Source: Fibrobacterota bacterium (GTDB lineage Bacteria > Fibrobacterota > Fibrobacteria > UBA11236). From it: a stretch of DNA of 24,112 bases. Each line of letters begins with the position of its first letter. The first letter of the stretch is position 1. Position numbers and translations under genes: made by a program. Where the stretch lies: positions 1-24,112 of the forward strand of contig JAYUVP010000139.1 of NCBI GenBank assembly GCA_043753995.1. Direction: 5' to 3'. A model generated the notes under the pieces. It made no database searches and was not told the DNA's origin. It worked only from the letters and a program-made list of their open reading frames with translations. Below, one piece after another: positions 1-8,900 of this stretch.

Positions 1-388
1 TGAAATCATAGGGCTGTCCTCGATAGGTATCAAGACTCTTTTCGACTGCGGGGATATGCTTCACATATTCCTCTTTTAATCGAAACACGGCGAATTTATT
101 TCCTCTTCCACGTCGAATCCATTTGAAGAGGGAGGTGCTGTGAACGTCGACGATGGCCTCATAGACAATAAAGGAACCCTGCTCTTTCCGGAGGATTCCA
201 ACATGGGAATAGTTTGAATTTGTTGCCCCTTCAATGAGCTTGGTCAATTCTCCTTTCGGTAATGCCTGAGCAATAATATCACCCACCTGGGGCTGATATT
301 TTAATGTCCAATAGAAAGGTTCTAGAATAAATAGGAAGGCACAATAGATCATGATGGTAATCAGCGCAAGAAATCTTGCTTTTGCCAA
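1..388 (-). CDS. YiiX/YebB-like permuted papain-like (NlpC/P60) amidase, 3'-truncated by the window edge
   Basis: Not in the ORF track because it runs off the edge. Manual translation from TTG at 388 gives MAKARFLALITIMIYCAFLFILEPFYW...QPQVGDIIAQ...LIEGATNSNYSHVGILRK...IVYEAI...SLFKWIRRG...FRL...YRGQPYDF. The GDII / AT.S.YSHVGI / VYEA / G.PYDF pattern matches the YiiX family, with an N-terminal hydrophobic anchor. The catalytic Cys would lie beyond the window. Confidence 0.85.
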   Translation of the reverse strand, partial: MAKARFLALITIMIYCAFLFILEPFYWTLKYQPQVGDIIAQALPKGELTKLIEGATNSNYSHVGILRKEQGSFIVYEAIVDVHSTSLFKWIRRGRGNKFAVFRLKEEYVKHIPAVEKSLDTYRGQPYDF

Positions 389-407
389 TTTCGTGGCGGG
401 GAGCAAC

Positions 408-1007
408 TTAATCATGGTTCATTGTAGGGCGTAATTTATGCGACGGCGATACTTTTCCAGCCTTGGAGGAGGCTAAGGCCTCTAGGTTCTCAAAAACCAT
501 TCGGTTCGACAATGGCGAATCAAGCCAGGTAGACGGCGCTTCGACTGCGGAAGAGTCGTTCGCTGGGCTATGCCCCTGACGGCGCGAAGGCCCGGAAGCC
601 AGGGGTAACTCTAATGTTACAGGCGCCGTCGTCAGCGGCACGACCATGATCACCGCTCCGCCGGCGAAAATACCCAGGCGCCAAAACCAACGATGGGAAT
701 ATCGGTTGATAAGGGCCGTAGCTTCCCCGTCCCCAGCCACCCTGTCCCGAATATTTTTCGTTCGCGTGGGCACCAAGGGTTCGCCATCCTTGCTAATGAA
801 TTTGGGAAGGCCCTCATTCTTCGGCCATAATGAATAAAATTGAATCGCGGCGGTATCCTTCGTGAAAAGCAAATAGCAGTCATTTTCGGCGGGAAAACCT
901 AATTCCCCACCTTCCAGCACGATGGAATCCAGCTCGGTCACACGATGCTTGATTTCCTTTCCTTTTCGAAGTATTTCATTTTCATTTTCGTAACGATAGA
1001 ATTCCAA
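408..1007 (-). CDS. Hypothetical protein or gene remnant; its 3' part reads through repeat copy 1
   Basis: 199-aa ORF from a TTG start immediately after an in-frame TGA. It has one hydrophobic segment (WFWRLGIFAGGAVIMVVPL). The last ~75 codons cross the dispersed repeat and look non-protein-like. No recognisable family. Confidence 0.3.
   Translation of the reverse strand: MEFYRYENENEILRKGKEIKHRVTELDSIVLEGGELGFPAENDCYLLFTKDTAAIQFYSLWPKNEGLPKFISKDGEPLVPTRTKNIRDRVAGDGEATALINRYSHRWFWRLGIFAGGAVIMVVPLTTAPVTLELPLASGPSRRQGHSPANDSSAVEAPSTWLDSPLSNRMVFENLEALASSKAGKVSPSHKLRPTMNHD
557..631. repeat. Dispersed structured repeat, copy 1
   Basis: CGTTCGCTGGGCTATGCCCCTGACGGCGCGAAGGCCCGGAAGCCAGGGGTAACTCTAATGTTACAGGCGCCGTCG; 62/75 identical by manual alignment to 10811-10884, same orientation. 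Contains the internal inverted repeat GACGGCGC/GCGCCGTC. Confidence 0.9.
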
Positions 1008-1083
1008 TCATTGAATAAGCCGTGATATAAAGACGGTCGCCAAGTTAAAAACTTTAGGCCATTCCTATTATCCGCAATGCTGT

Positions 1084-3714
1084 CTAAGGATTAGGCAACC
1101 CATTTCGCGGATGGATCTGCCTGCCTCGCGCATCGCGGGATTTACTTGCTGACCCATCCTGTGACTCCGGAAAAGTCAAGACAGGATAAGGCTTAAGTAT
1201 GCGCATGTGCCGATGAGCGTCGATCGGGGAGGCGGAGCGAATTCGCAGAGGCAGGGCGAGGCCGCGTTGATCACGAATGGCCACCAAGGCCTCAAATGCC
1301 TGCAAGGTCACCGGTCCATTGCGTGTCTTTCCTTGAACATCCAACCAAGTATTTCCCGGACTGGGATTGACTGTGAATTCCGTTCCACCAGTTGCAGCAT
1401 AAAGTGCGCTGTGCGGGCCTAAGGTGGTGTCGCCCAAGGGTAGCGGATAAAGGGCCGCATCGTCGATCCAAAACTTAGCAGAGTCCATCTCCCATCCGAA
1501 GTCAATACGACATGTGAGATCGGATGCGGTGATCTCGAAATAGTGAAGATAATCCGACCAGGTGGTATCAATTCGAAAGCTCTGGGTGGGAGCGAGGTTT
1601 GCATAGCTTCCATTAGACTTGCGCGCAATGACGGTGATTTCAAAAGGCGTTGCCGCGCGCGCGGAAAACCTCATGAGATATTTCTGGCCGATTTGGACAG
1701 GAAAATGCTTTGGTACAGTTAAAAGGGGTGAACGGTTTGCCGTATCCCCTGGATATTCCACGCGTAAGCTTCCCCCGCGCAAACTGGCATCATGCATTAC
1801 GGCCACTGGGGGCGTAGGCCAGGCGGTCCATTGCTGTATGCTGGTCGAGAAATCATAAGTGGCCAAGGCCTTTCCCGCCGTATCGGATAGCGCAAGAGAC
1901 GGGGAGCGCTCCCAGGCAAGCTTACCATTGCGATCGCAGCGAACGCCGGTGGGTGTCTCGCGACACTCGAGATCGTCTTGGCGCGAAACCAATAAATGCG
2001 AGGCAGTGGGAAGATGCCCCCTTTCAATATAGGGCACTTCATTTTTCAACTTGGAGTACAGGGTATTGCCTCGAGCCACATTGCCATACATATCTTCTAA
2101 GCCAACGATATTATCCCTCTGGGCGATGAATTGTCCTTTGCGATTTCCATAACACAAATTATTTCGCACCGTATCGTCACGGCTATTGTGCAGAAAAATC
2201 CCAATGTCGGCGCCCGAAACCGTATTGCCCTCGATAACGATGTGGTGGGTGCGGTCATCGAGATATATGCCCAAGGCGAAAGTCGAAAGGTCTGGAATGC
2301 CGTCCGGGGCGCCAATGGCGTCCAAAACCAAGTTTTTGCGAATCACGCTGCCCGCGGATCCCGGCAAGTTATAATCCGAACTCCAAGTGTAAATCGCGCT
2401 GCCATCGTCGGTGGTCATGCAGAATCGACGAATCAGATTGCTCTCGATAAGGTTGCGCTGTCCCGAAAATCCAATGCCGATATAGCCTATCGAATCCAGC
2501 GTATTCCCTCGGATCACAACATCGTTGCCGCTGATTTGCATGCCACGACCTGAGCAGCATTCGCCACCCAGGCCAGTGCGAGTGAGTCTTGATATTTCAG
2601 CCACGCGCTTCACGGTATTGTTTTCGATCCGGTTGGCATCGCCAGTAATCATCATGCCATGCACATTGGGGCCGACCACTTCGTTCTCTTCCACCGTCAG
2701 TCGGGAACCCTTGATACGCAAGCCCGAACCCATGGGGTTTTCCACTCGCAAGCGCCGCAGAACCAAATCGTTTCCGCTGCCATTGATGCCGTCTCCGCCA
2801 TGTCCGCGCAATCCTAAGTCCTGTAGGATGGCATGCCGCACATTATTCAGGGCGATTCCATGCCCCGGAACCGAAGCTTCGAGGACCCGTCCATTGGGAT
2901 TCGCATTTTCAGGTAGCCAAGCATAAAGCCGACCTGCCGTCGCATCGAAATACCATTCGCCTGGAGCATCGAGCAAGGTGAGATGGTTGTTCACCCAGGC
3001 GCCCCACTTCTCTTGCACGGGATAAATGGGAGATCCCGAAAAGAGGATTGTTCCCGAGGCTCCCTCGACGGACTCGATGCGGTTGGTATTCCATGTCCAA
3101 TGTTGGCTTCGCACGAATACGGTGGCGCCCGCCAGATCCATTCCGACAAGCGCCGCACAAACAAAGGACTGCGTTGAAACCAGGGAGGTAACGGGGGCGG
3201 TACCCTTGTTAGGATAACGCGCCAGGGTTAGGGTCTTGCCATCCAGGAAAAGCTGAACCACGCTATCCGTGACGGATGTCACCCAGATATTTCCCTGGTG
3301 CTGGGTCCAGGCGCCGGAGATCCGGCGGACCCCCGTCAATTCGGGGACGGTGCCGTTTCCATAAGCTCCCACGGTGACGGCATTGCCTGCGGCTCCGGCA
3401 ACTTCGGCGCCTTTGCCCAAGTTCAAGGTGCCTGGGTATTGGCCGCCGCGCTCCAGTAAGACTTGATCACCCGGGCCTAAGGCCAGCTTCTCGATTTTAG
3501 ATAAGGAGCGCCAGGGGGTGGCCAAATTCTGGGCCTCGGTAGCGGTGCGGCTATCTTCCCCCGAAGTTGCGCTTAAGTAATACGTCGCAGCCTGCAAAGG
3601 GAGGGCGAAGAAAACCATGCCCAGGCATGAGAACAAAATGGCAATCCATCGCAATGCAGCACCCCCCCAGTCCTGGCCCAGACTAACCATGACAATTTCT
3701 AAGGGCGCATTCAA
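1084..3714 (-). CDS. Secreted right-handed parallel beta-helix protein (GH141/pectate-lyase-like fold) with a CBM4/9-like module
   Basis: Signal peptide ends ...ALPLQA|ATYYLS. N-cap motifs TPWRSL, PGDQVLLERG, GAYGNG; also QLFLDGK..LARYPN, LDAPGEWYFD and many I..N beta-helix rungs (DDGSAIYTW, GIYLDD, IEGNTV, VRNNL). The C-terminal jelly-roll motif reads GQKYLMRFSARA...FWIDDAALY, and the tail is RDARGR. Start codon uncertain (TTG 3714 or a later ATG). Confidence 0.8.
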   Translation of the reverse strand: MNAPLEIVMVSLGQDWGGAALRWIAILFSCLGMVFFALPLQAATYYLSATSGEDSRTATEAQNLATPWRSLSKIEKLALGPGDQVLLERGGQYPGTLNLGKGAEVAGAAGNAVTVGAYGNGTVPELTGVRRISGAWTQHQGNIWVTSVTDSVVQLFLDGKTLTLARYPNKGTAPVTSLVSTQSFVCAALVGMDLAGATVFVRSQHWTWNTNRIESVEGASGTILFSGSPIYPVQEKWGAWVNNHLTLLDAPGEWYFDATAGRLYAWLPENANPNGRVLEASVPGHGIALNNVRHAILQDLGLRGHGGDGINGSGNDLVLRRLRVENPMGSGLRIKGSRLTVEENEVVGPNVHGMMITGDANRIENNTVKRVAEISRLTRTGLGGECCSGRGMQISGNDVVIRGNTLDSIGYIGIGFSGQRNLIESNLIRRFCMTTDDGSAIYTWSSDYNLPGSAGSVIRKNLVLDAIGAPDGIPDLSTFALGIYLDDRTHHIVIEGNTVSGADIGIFLHNSRDDTVRNNLCYGNRKGQFIAQRDNIVGLEDMYGNVARGNTLYSKLKNEVPYIERGHLPTASHLLVSRQDDLECRETPTGVRCDRNGKLAWERSPSLALSDTAGKALATYDFSTSIQQWTAWPTPPVAVMHDASLRGGSLRVEYPGDTANRSPLLTVPKHFPVQIGQKYLMRFSARAATPFEITVIARKSNGSYANLAPTQSFRIDTTWSDYLHYFEITASDLTCRIDFGWEMDSAKFWIDDAALYPLPLGDTTLGPHSALYAATGGTEFTVNPSPGNTWLDVQGKTRNGPVTLQAFEALVAIRDQRGLALPLRIRSASPIDAHRHMRILKPYPVLTFPESQDGSASKSRDARGRQIHPRNGLPNP

Positions 3715-3806
3715 GGCACGGTGCGCTGCTTTCGTTTGGGCCTCGGCGTTCTTGGAGGTCGGTGCGGATTAATCCACCCTCACCGTACCGAATCCGCTTT
3801 TTCGGA

Positions 3807-5780
3807 CTACCTCACGTTCAAAGACGCGACGCCGGCCCGCTCGTTTTTGCCCTGACCTTCTAGGCGCATTTCAACCAGGTAATTTCCTGCTGCAATAGGA
3901 CCCAAGGCAAAGGCGTGGCGCCCAGCCGCAAGGGTTTTGCAGTCTATCGATTTCACGTGCACGCCTTGGGCATTGGTCAAGGTGATGCGGGCATGGTTGG
4001 CTCGTTCGATTTGCACTTCGAGGCTGCGGCCGCTCAAGGAAAGGCGGGGCCATGCAATGGCATGGGATCCGTTACCTGCGTCACGATAGGGCGCTCCGCC
4101 TAAGCTCACCGTGGCATCGGCATATTTCACCAAGCCCGAACTCGCATTGGCTGAGCCGGTAAACCAAACGCTGCCTTCAGCGTTGAAGTTGGCCAAGGTA
4201 TCATTGTCTATGCGCACATTGTCGAAGTAAACGGTCCCGGCTACATAGGGCGTGGTCTGCGAGAAATACTGGAAAAGGACTTCGCGAACATCGCCTACAT
4301 TGGCGGCGCCGAAAGCGGTGATGGGTATTTCAATGGTTTTCCACTGACCGGGAGTGACGGTCGATAGATTGAGAGCTTTGGAAGTCGCGGGGCTCCATGT
4401 ATAGGCAGTCGTGACCTTAATAACAGGAATGATTTGCAAGTTGGTGGCGCTACCGGGCTTCACATAAATGTCAAAGAAAAGGCTCGTTTTGCCGGTAAAG
4501 CTCTTCGCCAAGGCGGTACCTAATTCCCAATACCCATCGTTTCCGCTTGGCACCGCCAAGTTCGAGATATTCAGGCTCATGACATAGTTGCCGCTCATTT
4601 CCTCGATGGTCACGTCCTTGATTTTGATGTCGGTGGTGTGGGCGTCATAAAGGGCCTTCATGGCAGGGGCGGTTGTCGAATAGTCGCCGAAGAATGAACT
4701 TGCTTGTTCGCTCATGGCCCAGCTCATGGCACCTGCATAACCGTTCGCATAGGCATGGGCGAAGGCCTCGGTGATGGTCTTGGTGGTCTTGAGGGGTTGG
4801 CCGCTTGAAGGTCCCGTGGTGGAAGCGCTCCAGCTCTTGGCGGGAAATTCACCGATGAGAATAGGCTTGTCCATATTCCAAAAGCTAGCGGGGTGCTCGA
4901 AGGGCGATAAGCTGGCATCTTGCCATTCGGGATAATAATGCGCCATGTAAAAGTCGAGGTATCCATCGGCATCTGCGCCAGCAGCTACCAACTTGGCCGT
5001 GCTGTATTCCGTGATATATTGATACGACGCAATGCCGGTGGAAACCATTTTCTTGCTATTGCGATGCACAAAACCCGCGATTTTATTGGTGATGCGCAAG
5101 ATGTCGGCCATGGGCAGCTTTTGGGTGACATGACTCCAATTTGCCGAGGCCAGCATGCCCTCGGGTTCATTGAATACTTCCCAACACAGGATGGCGGGAT
5201 GATTGCCAACGCTATCTAGTAGAGGCTTGAGGGCCTTGTTCAGGTAGGTGTCGATATTGGCCGGCACGGTAAGGAATTTTTGGTTATTCGCCAGATTGAA
5301 ATCGCTATAGGCAGCTTTGCCTGTGCCATCTCCGGGGACAAGCATGTCGAAGGAGAAGAGGCAGAGATCCACGACCACGCCATAGGCATAGGCCGTGTCG
5401 AGGGCTTCGCGGATATTGGAAATGGTTTTCGATCCTAGCCCGGTGACTTCGCCATTGGCATTGATTTTGGGGCAATGCGAGGCGTCGGTGTGCAGCCACC
5501 AGCGCACGGCATTGCCGCCAGACTTGCGGATATTCTTCACGTGATTGGTGAAGGCACTAATATTGAGCTTGGTGTCGCCGACATCACTTCCGAATGAGCT
5601 CGAAGTCAGCCAGGCGATATTCATGCCGCTCAGGAAAAGTTTTTTGCCATTGATGACGGCCCAATTGCCGTTCATCGAATCCTTCACAGTTTGCGGGGCC
5701 ACCGCTTGTACGGAAGCCGAGGCGCATGCCGAGGCGACGAGAAGGGCCAAGGCCATTTGTTTCAAAGTATGGAGGAACAT
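3807..5780 (-). CDS. Glycoside hydrolase family 5 (GH5_10-like endo-beta-1,4-mannanase) + CBM-like module + T9SS-type C-terminal domain
   Basis: Motifs FLSGMNIAW, GGNAVRWWLH, WEVFNEPEG (acid/base Glu), LDFYMAHYY and DKPILIGEF (nucleophile Glu). CBM-like segment ...GQWKTIEIPI...VYFDNVRI. CTD-like ITLTNAQG...LAAGRH...AAGNYLVEM. Start moved from the ORF-track 5870 to ATG 5780, which has an AAGGAA SD 9 nt upstream and is followed by a signal peptide. Confidence 0.9.
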   Translation of the reverse strand: MFLHTLKQMALALLVASACASASVQAVAPQTVKDSMNGNWAVINGKKLFLSGMNIAWLTSSSFGSDVGDTKLNISAFTNHVKNIRKSGGNAVRWWLHTDASHCPKINANGEVTGLGSKTISNIREALDTAYAYGVVVDLCLFSFDMLVPGDGTGKAAYSDFNLANNQKFLTVPANIDTYLNKALKPLLDSVGNHPAILCWEVFNEPEGMLASANWSHVTQKLPMADILRITNKIAGFVHRNSKKMVSTGIASYQYITEYSTAKLVAAGADADGYLDFYMAHYYPEWQDASLSPFEHPASFWNMDKPILIGEFPAKSWSASTTGPSSGQPLKTTKTITEAFAHAYANGYAGAMSWAMSEQASSFFGDYSTTAPAMKALYDAHTTDIKIKDVTIEEMSGNYVMSLNISNLAVPSGNDGYWELGTALAKSFTGKTSLFFDIYVKPGSATNLQIIPVIKVTTAYTWSPATSKALNLSTVTPGQWKTIEIPITAFGAANVGDVREVLFQYFSQTTPYVAGTVYFDNVRIDNDTLANFNAEGSVWFTGSANASSGLVKYADATVSLGGAPYRDAGNGSHAIAWPRLSLSGRSLEVQIERANHARITLTNAQGVHVKSIDCKTLAAGRHAFALGPIAAGNYLVEMRLEGQGKNERAGVASLNVR

Positions 5781-5927
5781 AGAGAGGCTTTCCTTGCGGT
5801 GGAGCTTGTTTGGTCGGGGGAAAGCATAATTCCGTTTGAGCAGAAGCTCAGTCTTACCCTTATAAGACAAGGCCGCATTTTGGCCTTCAAGAACTGGTCG
5901 CGCCTACCATGTTTACGCGCCAGTTGC

Positions 5928-8900
5928 TCATTCGCATTCGTCTCTTGGAGGCGCGTAATTCGCTCTAATCGTGGCATCACCGGAACTGAGTGTCACCGTC
6001 GACATGGCGCTGCCCGCGCTGGCAAAGGCCGCAGTGCCGGAAACCGTTGACCAGCCGGTGAAATCATAATAGAGATACACCGTTTTCGATCCGCAGGAGG
6101 TGACCGATTGCCTGCAATTGGTCGCCGTAATCGATCTCGCGATCCCGTGGTCGACTGTGACTGGCCCAGCCGGAGTCGTACTGCATCCCATCGGAAGGCC
6201 CGTGGGAAGGGTTACGGTCAAGGTGTATGGGTTTGGTGCGAAATTGGCGGTAACCGTTCTACTTGTGGTCATGAAGATGGAATCGGGATTTTTGTTTCCT
6301 GTCAGTTCACCGCTCCAATTCACGAAATGGTAGCCCGTAGCGGGACTCGCCGTCAGATTCACCTTGGTTCCAGTGAAGTAGGTAGGACCGGTAGGGCTAG
6401 CGACTATGCTACCAGAACCGGAGGGAAGGCTTGTCAGGGTCAAGGGGAATTTGGGAATGGCCGTACAGATTGCCGAAAGAATCGTATTGGCGACCAAGGT
6501 GACCGTTCGGGGGTTGGTCGTGTTTCCGTCCGACCAGGAAGTGAATTGATAGGCGGAATCGGGTGTCACGGTAAGGAGTATGGATTTGCCGTGATTATAT
6601 GCGGGCAGGTCCGGATTTCTGGCCACGGTACCGCGCGTAGTATTAATGGTTAGGGTATAGGTATTGGTATCGTAATTGGCCTGGATGCGCGCATTCCCCA
6701 TAGGCAAGGTGACCGATGTCCCCGAGGCATTCGCGTCTCCAAAGGTCGCGCTACCATTTACGGTCGACCAATTCACAAAATGATAACCTGTCACGATCGG
6801 GGCTGATTGTGAATACGGGAGCTTCAAGGGGATTTCCACCGAATCGAGGACCGTGACTTCCGATCCCAATTTCCGATTTCGGGTGAGCAAAGCAAATCGA
6901 GTGACATGAATGGTGTAAAGGGTTTTCGTTTTGCCGTCCTGGGCGGTCACTTCGCATTGGATATCATTGTCTCCGACGGCCAAGGTTATGGGAGCGGAAG
7001 CCGTACCGCTGGCGACCGCCGTCGAATTCACGGTAATCGTGGCATTGGGATCGGCAACTACCGGCGTTACGGTAACGCTCACGGTATGGTAGGATACCGT
7101 GTCCATATAGACCAATGGGCTTATTTGTACCAAGGTCCCATTGGAAATGGCCAGGGACTTTAGGGACGACTGGGAGTTGGGCGATCGATTGACGGAAACA
7201 TTATAGACCTTCTGGGCAAGGTTCTCGGCCGTGACAACGATGATGAAGCGATTGGCATTCTCGCCCACCTGAATTTTCTGGTACTCCGATGACGAGCCCG
7301 AGACCAGCGCCTTGCCGTTGACTTGGAGGGTGGAATGGGAATCGGTTACCGACGGGGTGATGCGAACCAGGCTGTCGGAAAAAGCGGCCTGAAAGACGTA
7401 ATCTGAAAGGCTGGGCGTGAAAGTCGGGGACAAGGTTCCAACCGAGGGTGTCAGACTGGACAATTCAGTATTGCCGTTCTTCGCCCGAGTCACGGTAAGC
7501 AAATAGGTTTTAGTCGCAAGATTCTCGGCGGTCACAACTATGGAGAGGATATTCGGACCGATGTTCAAAGTGATGGCATCGGAAGCCGCGCCGCTGGCAA
7601 TCGGATTGCCGTTGACTGTGATTTTAGAAGTGGCGACGGATTTCGTCGGGGCGACGGTGATGGAGGTGGTTGTATTCTGGACGGCGACAGAATAGGAGGT
7701 GTCGGCTGGGTTGAAAGCGGAGTCAAGCGCGCCAGGCGTCACGGTGAGGGCGGACAAGGTGGCGTCTCCATTGGGAGCGCGGGTGACGGATACGCTATAA
7801 ATTTTCGAATCGCCGTTTTCAGCTCGAACCTTGATCTCCAAAGAATTAATGCCAACCCGCAAGGCAATGGGGGCCGTCAGGTTCGCAGAATCGACGACTA
7901 CGCCATTTACGGTAAGCGCATAGGTGGACGTTGCCGCGGACATTTCCGGTTTGAGGGTGAAGGGCGTGCCTGCGCCGATTTCATTTTTGACCGCAAGGCG
8001 ATAGGCCGTCGTATTGCGGTCGAAGTTGGGACGGAGGGTATCGGCCGAGGAAATCAGTTTGGACAAGTCGGAATTTCCATTTTTTTCACGCGTGACGATA
8101 ATGGAATAAGATTTAACGTTTCCATCCGGGGTGGTCACTACGACATTGATGGTGCTTATGCCGGTCGGGATTTTCAAGAGCAAGCGGACTCCGGAAAGAG
8201 CAGGTTGGCCATTGATGGTCAAAGTAGAGGTGGCCGTTCCTGTAATTGCCGTCACGAAAGTGGAATCTACCGAGTTTGCGAGCGCAAGGGTGTAGACTTC
8301 GGTTTCGGGACGGAATGCGGAAACGATGGGACCGGCCGAAAGCGACAGGCCTGATAAATCAGGATTTCCATTCCCGGCGCGGGTGACCTGGATACCATAG
8401 GTTTTTTTACCCCCGCCCTGGGCCGTGACTTCCAAGGTGATGAGGTTTTTGCCTATGGCGAGATGGATGGCCCCCGAGACGGCCTTGGAGGCCAAGGGAA
8501 AACCATTCACAGTCAAGGTAGAGGTCGTATCCACCAGAGTCGCTTTGACCGTGGTTGAGGTCGTGGCGTTGGGTACCGAAACGACGTATGACGTTTCTGC
8601 GGATGAAAAATTGGGGCTTAATGCACCCGCCGAAACCGATAAGGCGCTGAGGTCGGCGATGAGCGAAGCGGGAAGCCGATAAACTTTCAAGGAATAGCTT
8701 TTAGCCACGGTATTTTCGAATTGGACGCTAATGGTTAGGGTATTGATGCCGACAGCCAAATCAATAGAACTCGAAGTTTCGCCGGATTTCACCACAACAT
8801 CGTTGACCTTAATGACCCCGCTTCCCTCGGGCCTCAGGTTTATGCTGGTTGCGCTATTGGGCACAGTATCGAAATAAGCCAATTGCCCGGGGGCGAATTG

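Noticed and set aside
424..450. GTAGGGCGTAATTTATGCGAC as a REP element
   Set aside because: It starts with GTAG, but the palindrome is weak and there is only a single copy in the window.
557..631. Repeat as a hammerhead or twister ribozyme (CTGACGG...GAA; TAATGC...GGTTCTAGGC in copy 2)
   Set aside because: The hammerhead core needs CUGANGA and GAAA, which are absent. The twister-like words are not conserved between copies and the pseudoknot partners are missing.
990..1001. 12-mer GTAACGATAGAA also found at 10736-10747
   Set aside because: Exact 12-mer pairs are expected by chance in 24 kb, and the match does not extend.
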